NCBI GenBank assembly: GCA_905331295.1
Contig: CAJNYD010000042.1
Span: forward strand, 1-64,000
DNA from: Rotaria socialis
Lineage: Eukaryota
Reading direction: 5' to 3'
Length of the DNA: 64,000 bases
Below the pieces are notes generated by a model, which was not told the DNA's origin, ran no database searches, and worked only from the letters and a program-made list of their open reading frames with translations. A program made the translations under genes and the position numbers. Below are positions 25,149 to 36,831 of the stretch, piece by piece (positions within the stretch are counted from its first letter, which is position 1; every line of letters starts with the position of its first letter).

Positions 25149-26135
25149 ATGCAAATTCGGCCAGCTTCTTTCTTATCTAAGCTAACGCTGATGTTTATTA
25201 TCATTGTGATTGTGTTTCAACTTCATGTTATTACTGAACAACCGGAAAAAGAAAAACGCGTACATCGTAATATTTCAATCGCCATTATATATAATCGTGT
25301 GCCGAAATGCGGTAGTACACTCATGAATTCTCTTCTTGAACTTGTTTTCAATGAATCTCACACGTTTAGATTCATTAAATCAACAAATTACGTACCTTTT
25401 CGTCTCTCAGCAACAGATCAGTTGCAACTGCGACAGGAAATTGTTAATTATTCACGGCAGGCTTATTCTACGCCAATAGTATATGAGCGACACTTTCACT
25501 TTGTTGACTTCGGTTTCGAAGTGAATAGAAATTTGTTTTACATCAATCAATTGAGAGATCCAATCGAGCGTGTGTTGTCTTGTTACGATTATACTCGACA
25601 TCGCTGCAAAACTGATGGACCTAACGAACCATGCGCACTTTCGAATCGATCGTTAATAAATATCACTATGGATGCGTGTGTCTCGACTGGTGATCCTACT
25701 AGCTGCATCAGTGAACAGAACGGTGTCTCTTCAGCGATTTCTTTCTTTTGTGGTCAACTATCAATATGCGACGATACCTATAAACCAATAACCAATTACG
25801 CAGCGTTAGCTCTTGCCAAGTCGAATATTGAACGATATTATCTTTACGTCGGCCTTCTAGAATATATTGAAAGTTCTTTAGAACTGTTGGAATTCAGTTA
25901 CCCGGCAATATTCCGTGGCATATCAAAGTTTTATTTAACCTACTTCAAAGACAAGCCTTTTTACAGAACCCCTGCTGAGTCCAGATATCCCATCAATAAA
26001 GAAACGCGTACCATACTGCGACGTCTACTCAAACTGGAATTTGAACTATATTATTTCGTTCAGAAACGTTTCATTGATCAGTATAGACGAACCTTCCATC
26101 GAGCACCTCGCCGCCGGGATGGAAAAGTGCGTTGA
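25149..26135 (+). CDS. Heparan sulfate/uronyl 2-O-sulfotransferase-like Golgi sulfotransferase (Sulfotransfer_2), intronless
   Basis: N-terminal signal anchor; 5'-PSB loop YNRVPKCGST; 3'-PB motif LRDPIERVLSCY; also FFCG, AKSNIERYYLYVGLLE and EFELYYFVQKRF. Confidence 0.9.
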   Translation: MQIRPASFLSKLTLMFIIIVIVFQLHVITEQPEKEKRVHRNISIAIIYNRVPKCGSTLMNSLLELVFNESHTFRFIKSTNYVPFRLSATDQLQLRQEIVNYSRQAYSTPIVYERHFHFVDFGFEVNRNLFYINQLRDPIERVLSCYDYTRHRCKTDGPNEPCALSNRSLINITMDACVSTGDPTSCISEQNGVSSAISFFCGQLSICDDTYKPITNYAALALAKSNIERYYLYVGLLEYIESSLELLEFSYPAIFRGISKFYLTYFKDKPFYRTPAESRYPINKETRTILRRLLKLEFELYYFVQKRFIDQYRRTFHRAPRRRDGKVR

Positions 26136-26852
26136 TAAAATGAGATTCTGATAGAATGACATGACTGCTTCTCAACGATACATGATTTATTTATTCATAA
26201 ATAACAGTAAGACTGGCGCAAGGAAAAGAGATAACTCGTTTAAAATAAATTATTATCGGATATACTAAAACTTCTGCAGCAGTTTTTATTATTCGCATAT
26301 ATTTCTTCAAGAGAACATGATAAAATCTTGACTGTGTGTCAAAAGAATGAGCAAACTCATACACAAATATATATATACACACGCCACACCCACACCCAAG
26401 GAGCTTCCGCTCTATCGAATGGCAAGAGCCAATTTCTAACAGAATTCGATTTAAGAGTTTTATTTAAGGAACATTTGTACCTTGAAAACTAAAGTTATAG
26501 GGGTCCTGTGTAATAGTTTAATGATCAAACCACTTCGAAAATAACATTTTTCGAAGCTCTTCGATCAGTCTCGATGATTTTAAAAAAATTAGCTCAATCG
26601 ATTGAGTGCTTCATTGAGAAATCGTCGTAAAACCGAAATAGACTGCATTTTTTGTGAAAAACCTTATTTTCAATGTTTCTTCGATATCTTTCTTATTTCT
26701 CAACTAATCGTTGAAAACACAAAACAAAAAATGATCAGCGCAAAAATCTCTACAAGATGAAACCAACAAAACGGGATTTGAAAACCTTTCTGTAAATGGT
26801 GGTAGGAAGCTGGTGGAAACACCCAACATAAAGATGTAATGAATCATTATTT

Positions 26853-28158
26853 TTATAATATTTCCATAATCCATAAGATTTTAATTTTTTATTAATACGT
26901 TGTAGAAAATGGAAAAAACACCCTTGATGTACAACACCACCGAACTAAAAATAAAAAATAAAGTTCTTTGTTCATATTGCTGACTTTTGTAAATTAAAAG
27001 GCGAGACAATCCACCTTTATGAAGAAAAACAACGACCTACTTCTTCTCGTACTGCTTTAATAATCCCACTTTCATAGTCAGTTATAAATCGTTCAGGTTT
27101 TAATTCCAATTTCAATCTTGAAGCAGCTTTCTTCATTGCTTTAAAAATTAGGATATACGTTTGTGCATGTTTATCACTGAGGAGAATCCAAGCAACAGGT
27201 TCAGCTACAAATAAACACATTTATAGTAATAGAACGTCAAATCATCCTATAAAAATAACAAAAAGAAATTCACCTGAATGTGTAGCTTCATCAATGGCTA
27301 CAATAATATATAATTGTTTAAACATTTTTGGTACTACAGAAAAGGTGCCATCCATCGATAACAAACTCGAAGAACACATTTTTCTTATTAGAAATTCACT
27401 ACTAAAAAGCAATATTCTTTTCGTGTTTTTTGAATATAAGTGATCGTAAAGAAGAAAGCTCTTATCCGCCGACGTAATTCTAAATTGTGACGGGATATCA
27501 AATGTAATATCACGTGGTAATGGTGGAGCTGTTTTAAGGCGTATATTATATATTGTTTTCCCTATATGAAAGAGATAAAAGTTAATAATTTAGTTAAACG
27601 AAAACAACGAAAGAACTTACTTAAAACTTCAGACCTTGTTAACATTCCCATTTGTTTATCACTTAACTTCATATCAGTAGTAAGTATATTATATAATTTC
27701 GTCGGTGGTGCGCTACGATTTGCTTCACCAAATTCTTTTAATCTAGATCTAAATGTTAAAATCACTTGGTTATCTTCATCTGGATGATGATTGTGTGCCA
27801 CTGAATTTGAACTGGCAAATGAATAAATGGGATTTTGTTCAGTTGCTGAATTCTTTGTTGTATTAATTGCTGTACGACAAGGTGATTTTTTATTATGCTT
27901 TTCTTTACATGTCCATCTGATCTCATGCTTCCGAATAACGTTGCATTGATAAGTATAGCCTTCCATAAACAGCTGATCCTTTGATCTTATACTTTTGATA
28001 ACGGTAATGGCACTAGGTTGTGGTAGGTGATTCATTTCAAATGAAGATGATGATGCCGAAGTAGGAATCGTAGAAGTGTTATTTAAACTTAGACTGTTCA
28101 AGTCAGATGAAACTGAATCGGTCGAAATGGTAGAAGAAGATGAAGATGATTGAGACAT
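26853..28158 (-). mobile_element. FLYWCH-MULE (Mutator) transposase, intron-containing, 3'-truncated
   Basis: FLYWCH (EGYTY..RWTC..C..HNH), then exons encoding IDGTFSVVPKMFKQLY, PVAWILL..KHAQTY..FITDYESG and HQGCFFHF (CxxH), then a stop. Confidence 0.85.
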
Positions 28159-28603
28159 TGATTGAAGAGACGATAACGACGATGATGAGCTACTGTTAGA
28201 ACATGTACGTAAAGCCGTTTTTGAACGTCTAAAAATTTGAATAAAAACTTTTAAATTTGAAGAACTGCGTCATACTTTAGCGTAGTTGATTTTTATTGAT
28301 TATGTCGAAGATTAATTGGAGAAGGAGAGGCAGAACGATATGCGGTTGAGCGTGATTTTTCTCGGCTACGTAGTTTTGTATTATTATATTTGATGGGTGG
28401 AGAAGCAGGAGAGGATGTAACTATTGCTGTGAGACCGATGCTCTTCGATCTCGTAATAATACCCATCTAAAATAAGATTACCCTGATACTTTATTTTTTC
28501 CAAGAACAATAACTACTTATGACCATTATATAATTCACCAAAACAATTCAGTATGTTGCGCGAGTCATCGTGCAGCCAATCATGCTCAAGATACTACCCT
28601 CTA

Positions 28604-28703
28604 NNNNNNNNNNNNNNNNNNNNNNNNNNNNNNNNNNNNNNNNNNNNNNNNNNNNNNNNNNNNNNNNNNNNNNNNNNNNNNNNNNNNNNNNNNNNNNNNN
28701 NNN
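28604..28703. other. Assembly gap
   Basis: 100-N run. Confidence 0.95.
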
Positions 28704-29827
28704 CAATAGGCTGAAAACGAGGTGAAATAAGCATCGACGTTTCCCGATGATTACGTGAAATAAGGAGATTCATTCTCTGAGGTGCTAATTGTTCCGAAAA
28801 TCTAGGAAATGAGCCACTACTCGTTCTTTGGTGAAGGCGGTGCGCACCTCCCACTTTTTGAAAATTTTCAATTTTCCCAGCAAAAAACATCAGATTTTCC
28901 AAAAAAGGTCTTCACACATGGGTATGTTTTTTTAAAACATCCTGATATTTTCAACCGAAATCTGCGAAAGTGTTGTTGCGCTTATTTTTGCAAGTAAGGC
29001 CGATAGATAATCGACTCCCTCGATGCTGCACTAATGCGGCAATCCAAAAGCCCACGATTGCTTGTGTGCGTTAATCTGTGTCATTAAGAGAATACACTGT
29101 TACTATTGTTGAATTGCGTATGCTCTTTGATGTGAGAGACAACAAACGAATTTCAAAGGGTCAACCTGTAGGTTGTAGTGGAAATCTATTTCAGAAAGAA
29201 TCACATGTTTGGTGCAAAGTTCGTTTCTATTCGATGCCCAGCTCTTTTAATGCAATTAGGTCGTATATTTCGTCTGATGAATAATACTGGAGAAATTTTA
29301 AACGAATAGAGTATTTTCCTTTTCTGCAAGTAGTCTACAATTAATGAAATATTTTCGAACGAAAACTTTGAGAAATCAACTGTAAATTCCAATCCTCGAG
29401 CCCTCGTTACTTCACTTGAAACGTGAATTGGGCGAACTTTTCTCAGCGTCATCGTCATTGATCAGTTTTAGGTTCCTTTCATCTGCTCGCTCGACTTTGT
29501 TGTCCTTTGATCAGATTGGTAGATTTTGGCGGCGCCTCATACCTATTAGTCCCTTACTCAAGAACTTCCTCTCCCTACAACCACGTGTCTAGAATAAGAA
29601 TATTTGATAGTAAATTTAACTATTGACCATTGACCTTGAACAAACATGCATAGTAACAAAGGCATTTTTCTCCGTATGACCCTTCCTACAGTCGAAGGAG
29701 CAAATAGTTAAAGACTAATGATAATGAAGATCTCTCTGTTCCCTAGTCATATTAATTCGAATTGTAGATAAGTGTGTTGAATTAACATCACTTATTTTAG
29801 GACACTATCAGTTAAAATACAGTATTT

Positions 29828-30112
29828 ATGGCCAGCGTCGTTGACATGTCGAATGATCCGTCTATTCGCATTCAGTGGATGTGGAATGCGAGTACGTCTC
29901 CGTTTTCACAGTCACAACCGGCTCAATTATGTCCTTATTCAGATGTAGAAAATACAATCATAGAAGAAGCATACTCAACAGGTAAAACTTATGCCATGTT
30001 GGAAAAATATCATATCGATTTCAAACACAATCTTCAAATCTCGAACACTGATACCAATAAGCAGCGACCTGTCACGCGAACGATGGTCAATAAAGAAAAA
30101 AAGGATCTTAAA
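29828..30112 (+). pseudogene. WWE domain (N-terminus of a WWE-ART-type gene); downstream part not found
   Basis: IQWMWNAS..PF...YSDVENTIIEEAY...YHIDFKHNLQIS..KQRPVTR; similar to the WWE at 50690-50990. Confidence 0.75.
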
Positions 30113-32147
30113 GTATGGTCTAAATTTATCGCAGTATTTAAGATGAAATTTTGCCTACAAACATACATATAGCTTTCGTAACTCAAAATAAGAAATTTGA
30201 TAAAACTTTATAAGTCGTTATAACTGAAGAAATTTTCCTTTTACTGAGTAATAATCGAAGAAGACTCTAAACTGAAACCTGCATCGTTTATCATGGTCGA
30301 TTCACCACTTCACAATAGTTTATGAACGATTTAAGAATATTATAAGACTGACACACTTTAAGCATAATATCTGAAAAGAAGTAGATCCCAGATGATTTAG
30401 TCTTGTCTGAGGGTAATATAGAAAGCGATCGAGTCCGACGTCGAGTGACTCCAGAATTCTACGTTTTAGGTAAGAATGAATGGGCTTTGATCCATAGTAC
30501 ACTGAAATTCTTACTGATGCATCCCAGACCGGATTCAGTAGTACCAAACAAGGAACTTCAATTTCATTGAAAAGATCTCCAGGTTTTGAGTATAAAGCTT
30601 CCAGTTTAGTTTTCAATTTTCAATTTTATAAATCCACCGGTAGGCTCCTTCATCTGTCGAGTACCAGTGTAAATCATTTGTGGGCATACATACTTGAAAC
30701 TTGAAACCTGAAGGTCGGAATTTCAATTGAATGTAAGTTACAATTTTAACACATGTGACAGAAGTCCAAATTGGCCCACTTTTTCACGGCTTGACTTGTC
30801 TAGAACAGACTTACGTCCCTCGTAGCCTCCCTGTGCCTATACTCTGATTTCCTCGACGTGGCTTGACTGTCAAAGTCGTGTATTTTTTTCAAGTCAATAT
30901 CAGAGTAACAGTATCATAGAGGAAAATAGTAACCTTCATAAAAAGTCCTCTTAGTTAGTAAGTTCAACCTACATTTCTACAATAAAAGGTCTCTAATTGA
31001 AAAATCTATAAAAAATTTCGATCTTCCATTAAACAGAGATCTTATGCTCCTTTTTAGCTGAAAGTATATGAAACTAGGAGTAGAGCAAAACCATTCACAT
31101 TCAAAAGCATTTATCATTAGGCAAATTAAAAAAGCACCTTTCAATTCAGCTAATAATTATTTACCCGACCAAACAGTTAGCTTCAGGTGAAAACCACTCG
31201 GTTAAAATCGACGTCACTTGAACTATGCAAGTAACTTAAAGAAAGAGGCAACTACAATACCTTTACGTGAAAGCTATAGACACATTATCATGTAAATATC
31301 AAGTTATGTAAGTCTGAAAAGAACGATTGTCAATGACTAGAATCATGGTACTTTCATTGATTGCCATTTGATAACAAATTGTATTACCACAAAAACAAAC
31401 CAAAGTCAGTTTACTATCATTTTGTAATCTATCAGAACTATGTGATGTTATTGAACTTAGGATCAGGTTTTTACATGACTTGTTTTATTGGGATTGGACT
31501 TGTGGCTTTCACAATGTCAAACGATTTGATTTCAAATAAGCTTATAATTTTTTCACCTTTTTGGCAAAAGTTAATTCATATCAAAACATGTAGAAACATG
31601 ATAACTTCGAAGCTCTTACATTGTTATGTTTAGCTTCTTGTTGCCATCGCTTTCAATAAAGCGTTATGTAGAATTTTTAAAGAGTTTTATTGTACATCAG
31701 CAAAACGCAAGATATAACCTCCATGGTCAAGAGTTAAAAAACATCGCTTTTGAAAATTCATTTCGGGCATCTGCAAATGTATGGTATAAAGTTTTGGAGA
31801 ATACAATTAAAATTTCAATAGATTCATTATGAAAATAAAAACAGTATCGCACCTTTACACAATATACATATAGCAAACGTAACATATGGTGTGGTCTGGG
31901 CGTGGCTGAGGGCATCAGTTTGAGTATTCTGTTCTCCTACAGTCACACCCACACCTCTCCTACCGTTTTCTGACTGACAGATCGTTTCTGTTCTTCGCCG
32001 ATATCCCGTGTTATCTGGTCGAGACTGAGTCATAGTTTTTCGAACGAAGTTTACTGGTATTAAAAGAGGAAGATGCACCATTTATGTACTATCACAAATT
32101 AATATTATGTCGCATGTCCGGTAAACATTTCTATTGCTGCTTGGTAG

Positions 32148-35100
32148 GATACAAAAACTGCGGCAGTTCCACACAAAGCTTGTAGGCGTCTGATGAGTGA
32201 AGTGGCGAAGTTAAAACAGTTGGAAAATGGTACACCAGTCGAGTTTATACTTGATCAAACTCCATTTGATGAACCGCAAGAGTCCCAGCAACCACAATCA
32301 GATAAAATCATCGGGCGTGTATTTCCAATGTCGGAGAACTACAGACTAGGTGCATTTCAAATTGAAATTAACATTTCGGCTGAGTATCCATTCAAAGTAC
32401 CAACGTTCCGCATGATCACACCAATATATCATCCGAATGTCATTGAATCTGGTAAGATGGATAGAAAAATAGTGACTCTGACCTAAAAGAATTGGAAAGT
32501 TCCTGCAAGAGACTGGTTTCAAACAACTAGTTTTCCCTATGTGCCTTGTTTATTCACAGCTCAGAAGTCAAAATGAATCATGAAAACTCGATTCGAATTC
32601 TCTTTAGTTCGCCTGAGGCCGCTAAGAATTTCAATGAATCCCATTCGAGAAGCAGCCAGGATGATTCCTATACGGTTAAAATGTGAGACACGGTATGGCT
32701 ACTCCCAACAATCACGCAAACTTTAATTTCTACGAAAATATTGGTTATCCATTCATTCATCGTTTCAAACTTAGTACAATGACCGCAATGAAAACCCAGC
32801 CACTATACTTTCGTGAGGTGTTCCCAATATAATCACTAATCCTCTATGAAAAGATCTTCTACAATATATGAGACCATTATCGAGGGAAAAGTGTATTTAT
32901 ATGTATTTCCATGTATGCTCATGCATTTACAAGTTTTTCAGGAGATACTAACTGTTTCTAAGTTTACGTTTTAGACATACTTCGCAAGACACGGGAACAC
33001 ATGGGAGTACATAGAAATATATAGAAGTAAAGAAATATGCCTTTTCCGCTTACCTCTGGTCGATGTTCACTAAAAAAAATTTCCGGGTATTAATAAACTA
33101 AAAACCGTTTATGACACCTCAATAAACGGGAAAAGGGTTTTTCAATTTTCAACGTATAATAAACCCTTTTTATGGATATTTCATGAAAATAATAAACGGG
33201 AAAAACGTTTATGACATGTAAAAAGGGTATATTAAGTGTCTGAAAAACGGGGAAAAGGGTTTATTATACGTTGCAAAATCATGAACCCTTATTTTTGTCA
33301 GTGTTGGTCACGATCTCAGATGGCCCCTAAATGCATGCTTCATCATCGGTAATATCTGCAGAGAAAGGGTCCTTTACGATATGCAATCGATCTGAATCCT
33401 TTCAATCACAGTGTGGTGTGTATGAGACTTGCCTATCGAGACCAGTGGTGCATATGGAGCCCGTCAGTCATGACAAGTAAAAAGACAAAGTATTAAAGAC
33501 TGCAGTAGTAGTTAAGCACTATTCGCGGTAAAGGTGTTTATTATTTACTTTCCATCTTCAGAATGTGCCTCTTGCACGCTCAACACGTTTATATATAATA
33601 CTAAAACAAAGAGAGAGACGAAATAGAGAACAACAGAGAAGAGGAAAGAAGAAGAGCAGCGAGTTGTGGCGTGTATATCGACACAGTATCTGTCATCGTT
33701 AGCGATTGCCCTGAAGTCAGAGTGTCACGGCCTGTAAAGATCATCAATGAGATGGTTTGTAATTGATTTATAAATTCTTATTTAATTAAAAGCCCGGCGA
33801 TGGATGCGGATGTGGCTTGAATAAGATTGTGAGTCAGAGTGCGGTGAGGATGTTGGTTGATGGGGACATCAGCACGAGCAGAGAGAGAAATTCTTGTTCA
33901 GATTCACATCTCACCCAAACTCACACCAGCCTCCTTTTCAAACACAAGCACAGGCCCCACGCACATCCACATCCCACAGGCACGCCTACACTTCAGATAC
34001 TCGCCTAAGGCAGTACGAAATAAACCTATGAAAAAGGATCTCTTTTCTCAATAGTCTTACCAAATTCATTCATTAATAACTCAGATTAATCAAACTTCTC
34101 GGGTGGTCAGAACTTCAATACGCCGTATACATACAGTAGTGTGCAAAATTGTAGGCTTACTCTTAATTCTGACATAGTATTATTTACTACGTCTTTGCTG
34201 ATAGTTTTGTGGAACTCACATATATTTTCGAAGAAAATGGTGAGTGTAAGTTTATAAGCGAGATTTTCGCGGCTCCCCACCCCCCCTCCCCATTACAGAC
34301 ATTAATTAGTTTAAAACTGTGCTAATTAGGAGCTTGACTAATTAGGTTGCTATTTCTTCGTTTTTTAATTACAGACTACACGAAAAACGCAATGGTTACC
34401 CATTACAGACCATCGTAACTAGCTTAGGGTACCATTACAGACCGTGGAAACTAGTATCTGCCATTGTTAAATATATCAGCTAATAATTAATACTCGATTG
34501 CAGACATAAGCAAATAGGCAATGACCTAATTATAGGTATTGGAAACCAGGGTAGATTTTTCAGATGAACTATTTTGAATTATTTTAGTAAGCCGAAGGGA
34601 TATATGTGAGTTTCACATTTTAGCCCCAAAGGGGTTGCGCTAACAAGCTTTTTTCTGACGACTTAGGATGTTGATATTATAGAACTTGATCTATTCTTTC
34701 TCTATATGTGTTTCATCATTTTGAAGTTGGTTACATGAGTGAAAAAAGAATACTTACACAAAAAAGTACCTGCTTTTCTCTATTCGAAATTTTACGTTCG
34801 CTTATAACAAAAATTTTTGAAAACCCTATAAAGTTTACTAATATTTACTCTTTGTTCCTCCATTGACTAGTATGCATCGTGCTAGCCGTTGTGGTATGGA
34901 ATTAATCAGATTTTTACAAGTCGCCGGTATAAACTTTTCCCATATCTGTTCAATCATTTGTTTGACCTCCGTCAAGTTCTTTGGATGTATAGTTCGAAAC
35001 TGATGGTCGATCATGTCTCACAGATTCCCAATAGGATTGAGATCTGAGGAGGAAGGCGGCCATTCTAGAGAAGCATTTTTCTTTCAAAGAATTTTTAGCA

Positions 35101-36543
35101 AAACCTGATACATGAGGACGGACACTGTCTTGCATGCACCAAAAACTACCAGGATTTGTGCTAAATTTACTGTTTATAAAAGCTAATAGAATATCACCAA
35201 TAAGTTGTACATAGCTACGAGCATTCCCTCGACCATCATAAAAGACTAATGGACGAGCACCGGTACTTGTCATGCATCCCCAGACACTGATACTACCATC
35301 CCCTTTCTTCGATCTTGGAAGGAATGAGAATGACAAATCACGCTCATTAGGTTTTCTTCTAACAAAAGTCCGATTTTTTCTGTTGAATAGTTTGAAGTGA
35401 GACTCGTCAGTCCAAATAACTTTACTCCAATCGTCGGATAACCACTTTGCATGGCTTTTTGCAAAGGATAAGCACTTTTGTTTTTCAACAGCAGTACGAA
35501 TAGGCTTAGCTTTGGCAGTATAGTTTTTGTATCCAGACTCTAAAAGTTGACAGCGAACTGTAGAATTCGATACTATTTTACCATTTGACAGGAGTCTCTC
35601 TGTTGATGGTTGGTGACTAGTTTTTACTTGGTCTTGCTTGCGCAGCTGCAACAAATAACAATCATCATTGGGTGTTGTAGTACTCTTTCGTCCTTAACTA
35701 GATGTATTTTTCAGTCGTAAATTCCGTTTGATTCAGGCAAAATCATTTTTCACACAATGTTGTGCGATTCCAACCTTCTTCGCTACTGTTCGTTGGCTTT
35801 AACCATCATTTAATAAAGTTTCAATTTGAATCTTCTGTTCATTGAAAACCTACACCCTCTGCATAATGAACAATACGAAAAACTAAAATCTACAGAAAAA
35901 AAGAATCTTCTCACAACGAAATTTCATCTATAGCTTATAATTGCAATAATTTAATGCTTTGATAATGTTTCAAACAAAAGTAATGCTGAAGAAAACACAT
36001 AAAACAAAATTTCACCTAAACCTATAATTTTGCACAGAGAAAAACATGTACATTTTTGTATAATTATTTTTTCCCGTATTTAACCTAGTTGAAAATAATG
36101 AAATATATATTGAGGAAGAATACATCATGTTCTATGATATCAACATCCTACGTCGCCAGAGAAAACATCAGCAAAGACGCAGTATATAATACTATGTCAA
36201 AGTTCAGAGTGAACCTATAATTTTCCACAATACTGTGTCTTGATTCATTTGTCTCACATTATTCACAGGTCATTTCTGCTGTTGTTGCAATCCATTCACA
36301 GAAGACCCTTTGAAGTGGGCACCCACAACTACATTGGTCGATCTCGTTCGTAGTATAATTCATGTTATCGATAATCCCAAACTCTGCGGTTCCACAAATT
36401 CTGGTTAGTTTTCTAATAGTGCTTTGCTTGTCTTACTTTAATTTATCATTATGTACGTCTTCGAAGAATATGAGTACAATAGGGCCGAATTCAATCGCAA
36501 GGCAATCGCGATGACCCGGAATAATGCTTTGCCAAGAACTTGA
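32148..36543 (+). CDS. Ubiquitin-conjugating (E2)-like protein; exons 32148-32451, 36269-36403, 36467-36543; first exon unresolved
   Basis: RRLMSEV...GAFQIEINISAEYPFKVPTFRMITPIYHPNVIES|GHFCCCCNPF...WAPTTTLVDLVRSIIHVIDNP...|EYEYNRAEFNRKA; phase-1 GT-AG junctions; 3.8-kb TE-filled intron. Confidence 0.8.
33068..33303. mobile_element. CACTA/EnSpm-like MITE
   Basis: TT|CACT...AGTG|TT (2-bp TSD); AAAGGGTT/AACCCTT motifs. Confidence 0.6.
34134..36235 (-). mobile_element. Tc1/mariner element with decayed transposase (about 34800-35864)
   Basis: TA|CAGTAGTGTGCAAAATT ... AATTTTCCACAATACTG long TIRs; VIWTDESHF, SVWGC, MQDSVRPH, and frameshifted WPPSSSDLNPIGNL*. Confidence 0.9.
34205..34650 (+). mobile_element. 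HINE-like element, copy 3, inserted in the Tc1 left TIR
   Basis: Reverse complement of 8103-8639; the opposite Tc1 TIR preserves the uninterrupted T-run site. Confidence 0.85.
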
Positions 36544-36831
36544 CCATATCTTTTACGCCGCTACAATCAATGAACAAATATTGAACTTACAATCATCATA
36601 AATTCGAAAACAGTACTGCTTTCATTATTATCAAATTTTCCAATCACTTTTCACTAGCTTCTTTAAGTGTTGGCGTGCGCGTGGTGGGGCTGCGGATATG
36701 CATTAAGGGTGTGGGCGTGGGTGAGTGTAGGCACCGGCGTGTGTGGATGTGACTGGGGTGCGTGTTTGTGTGGTTGCGGGTCGATGAGTTTTTCACACTA
36801 AACGCACAACCGCACCCACACCCACACCCTG

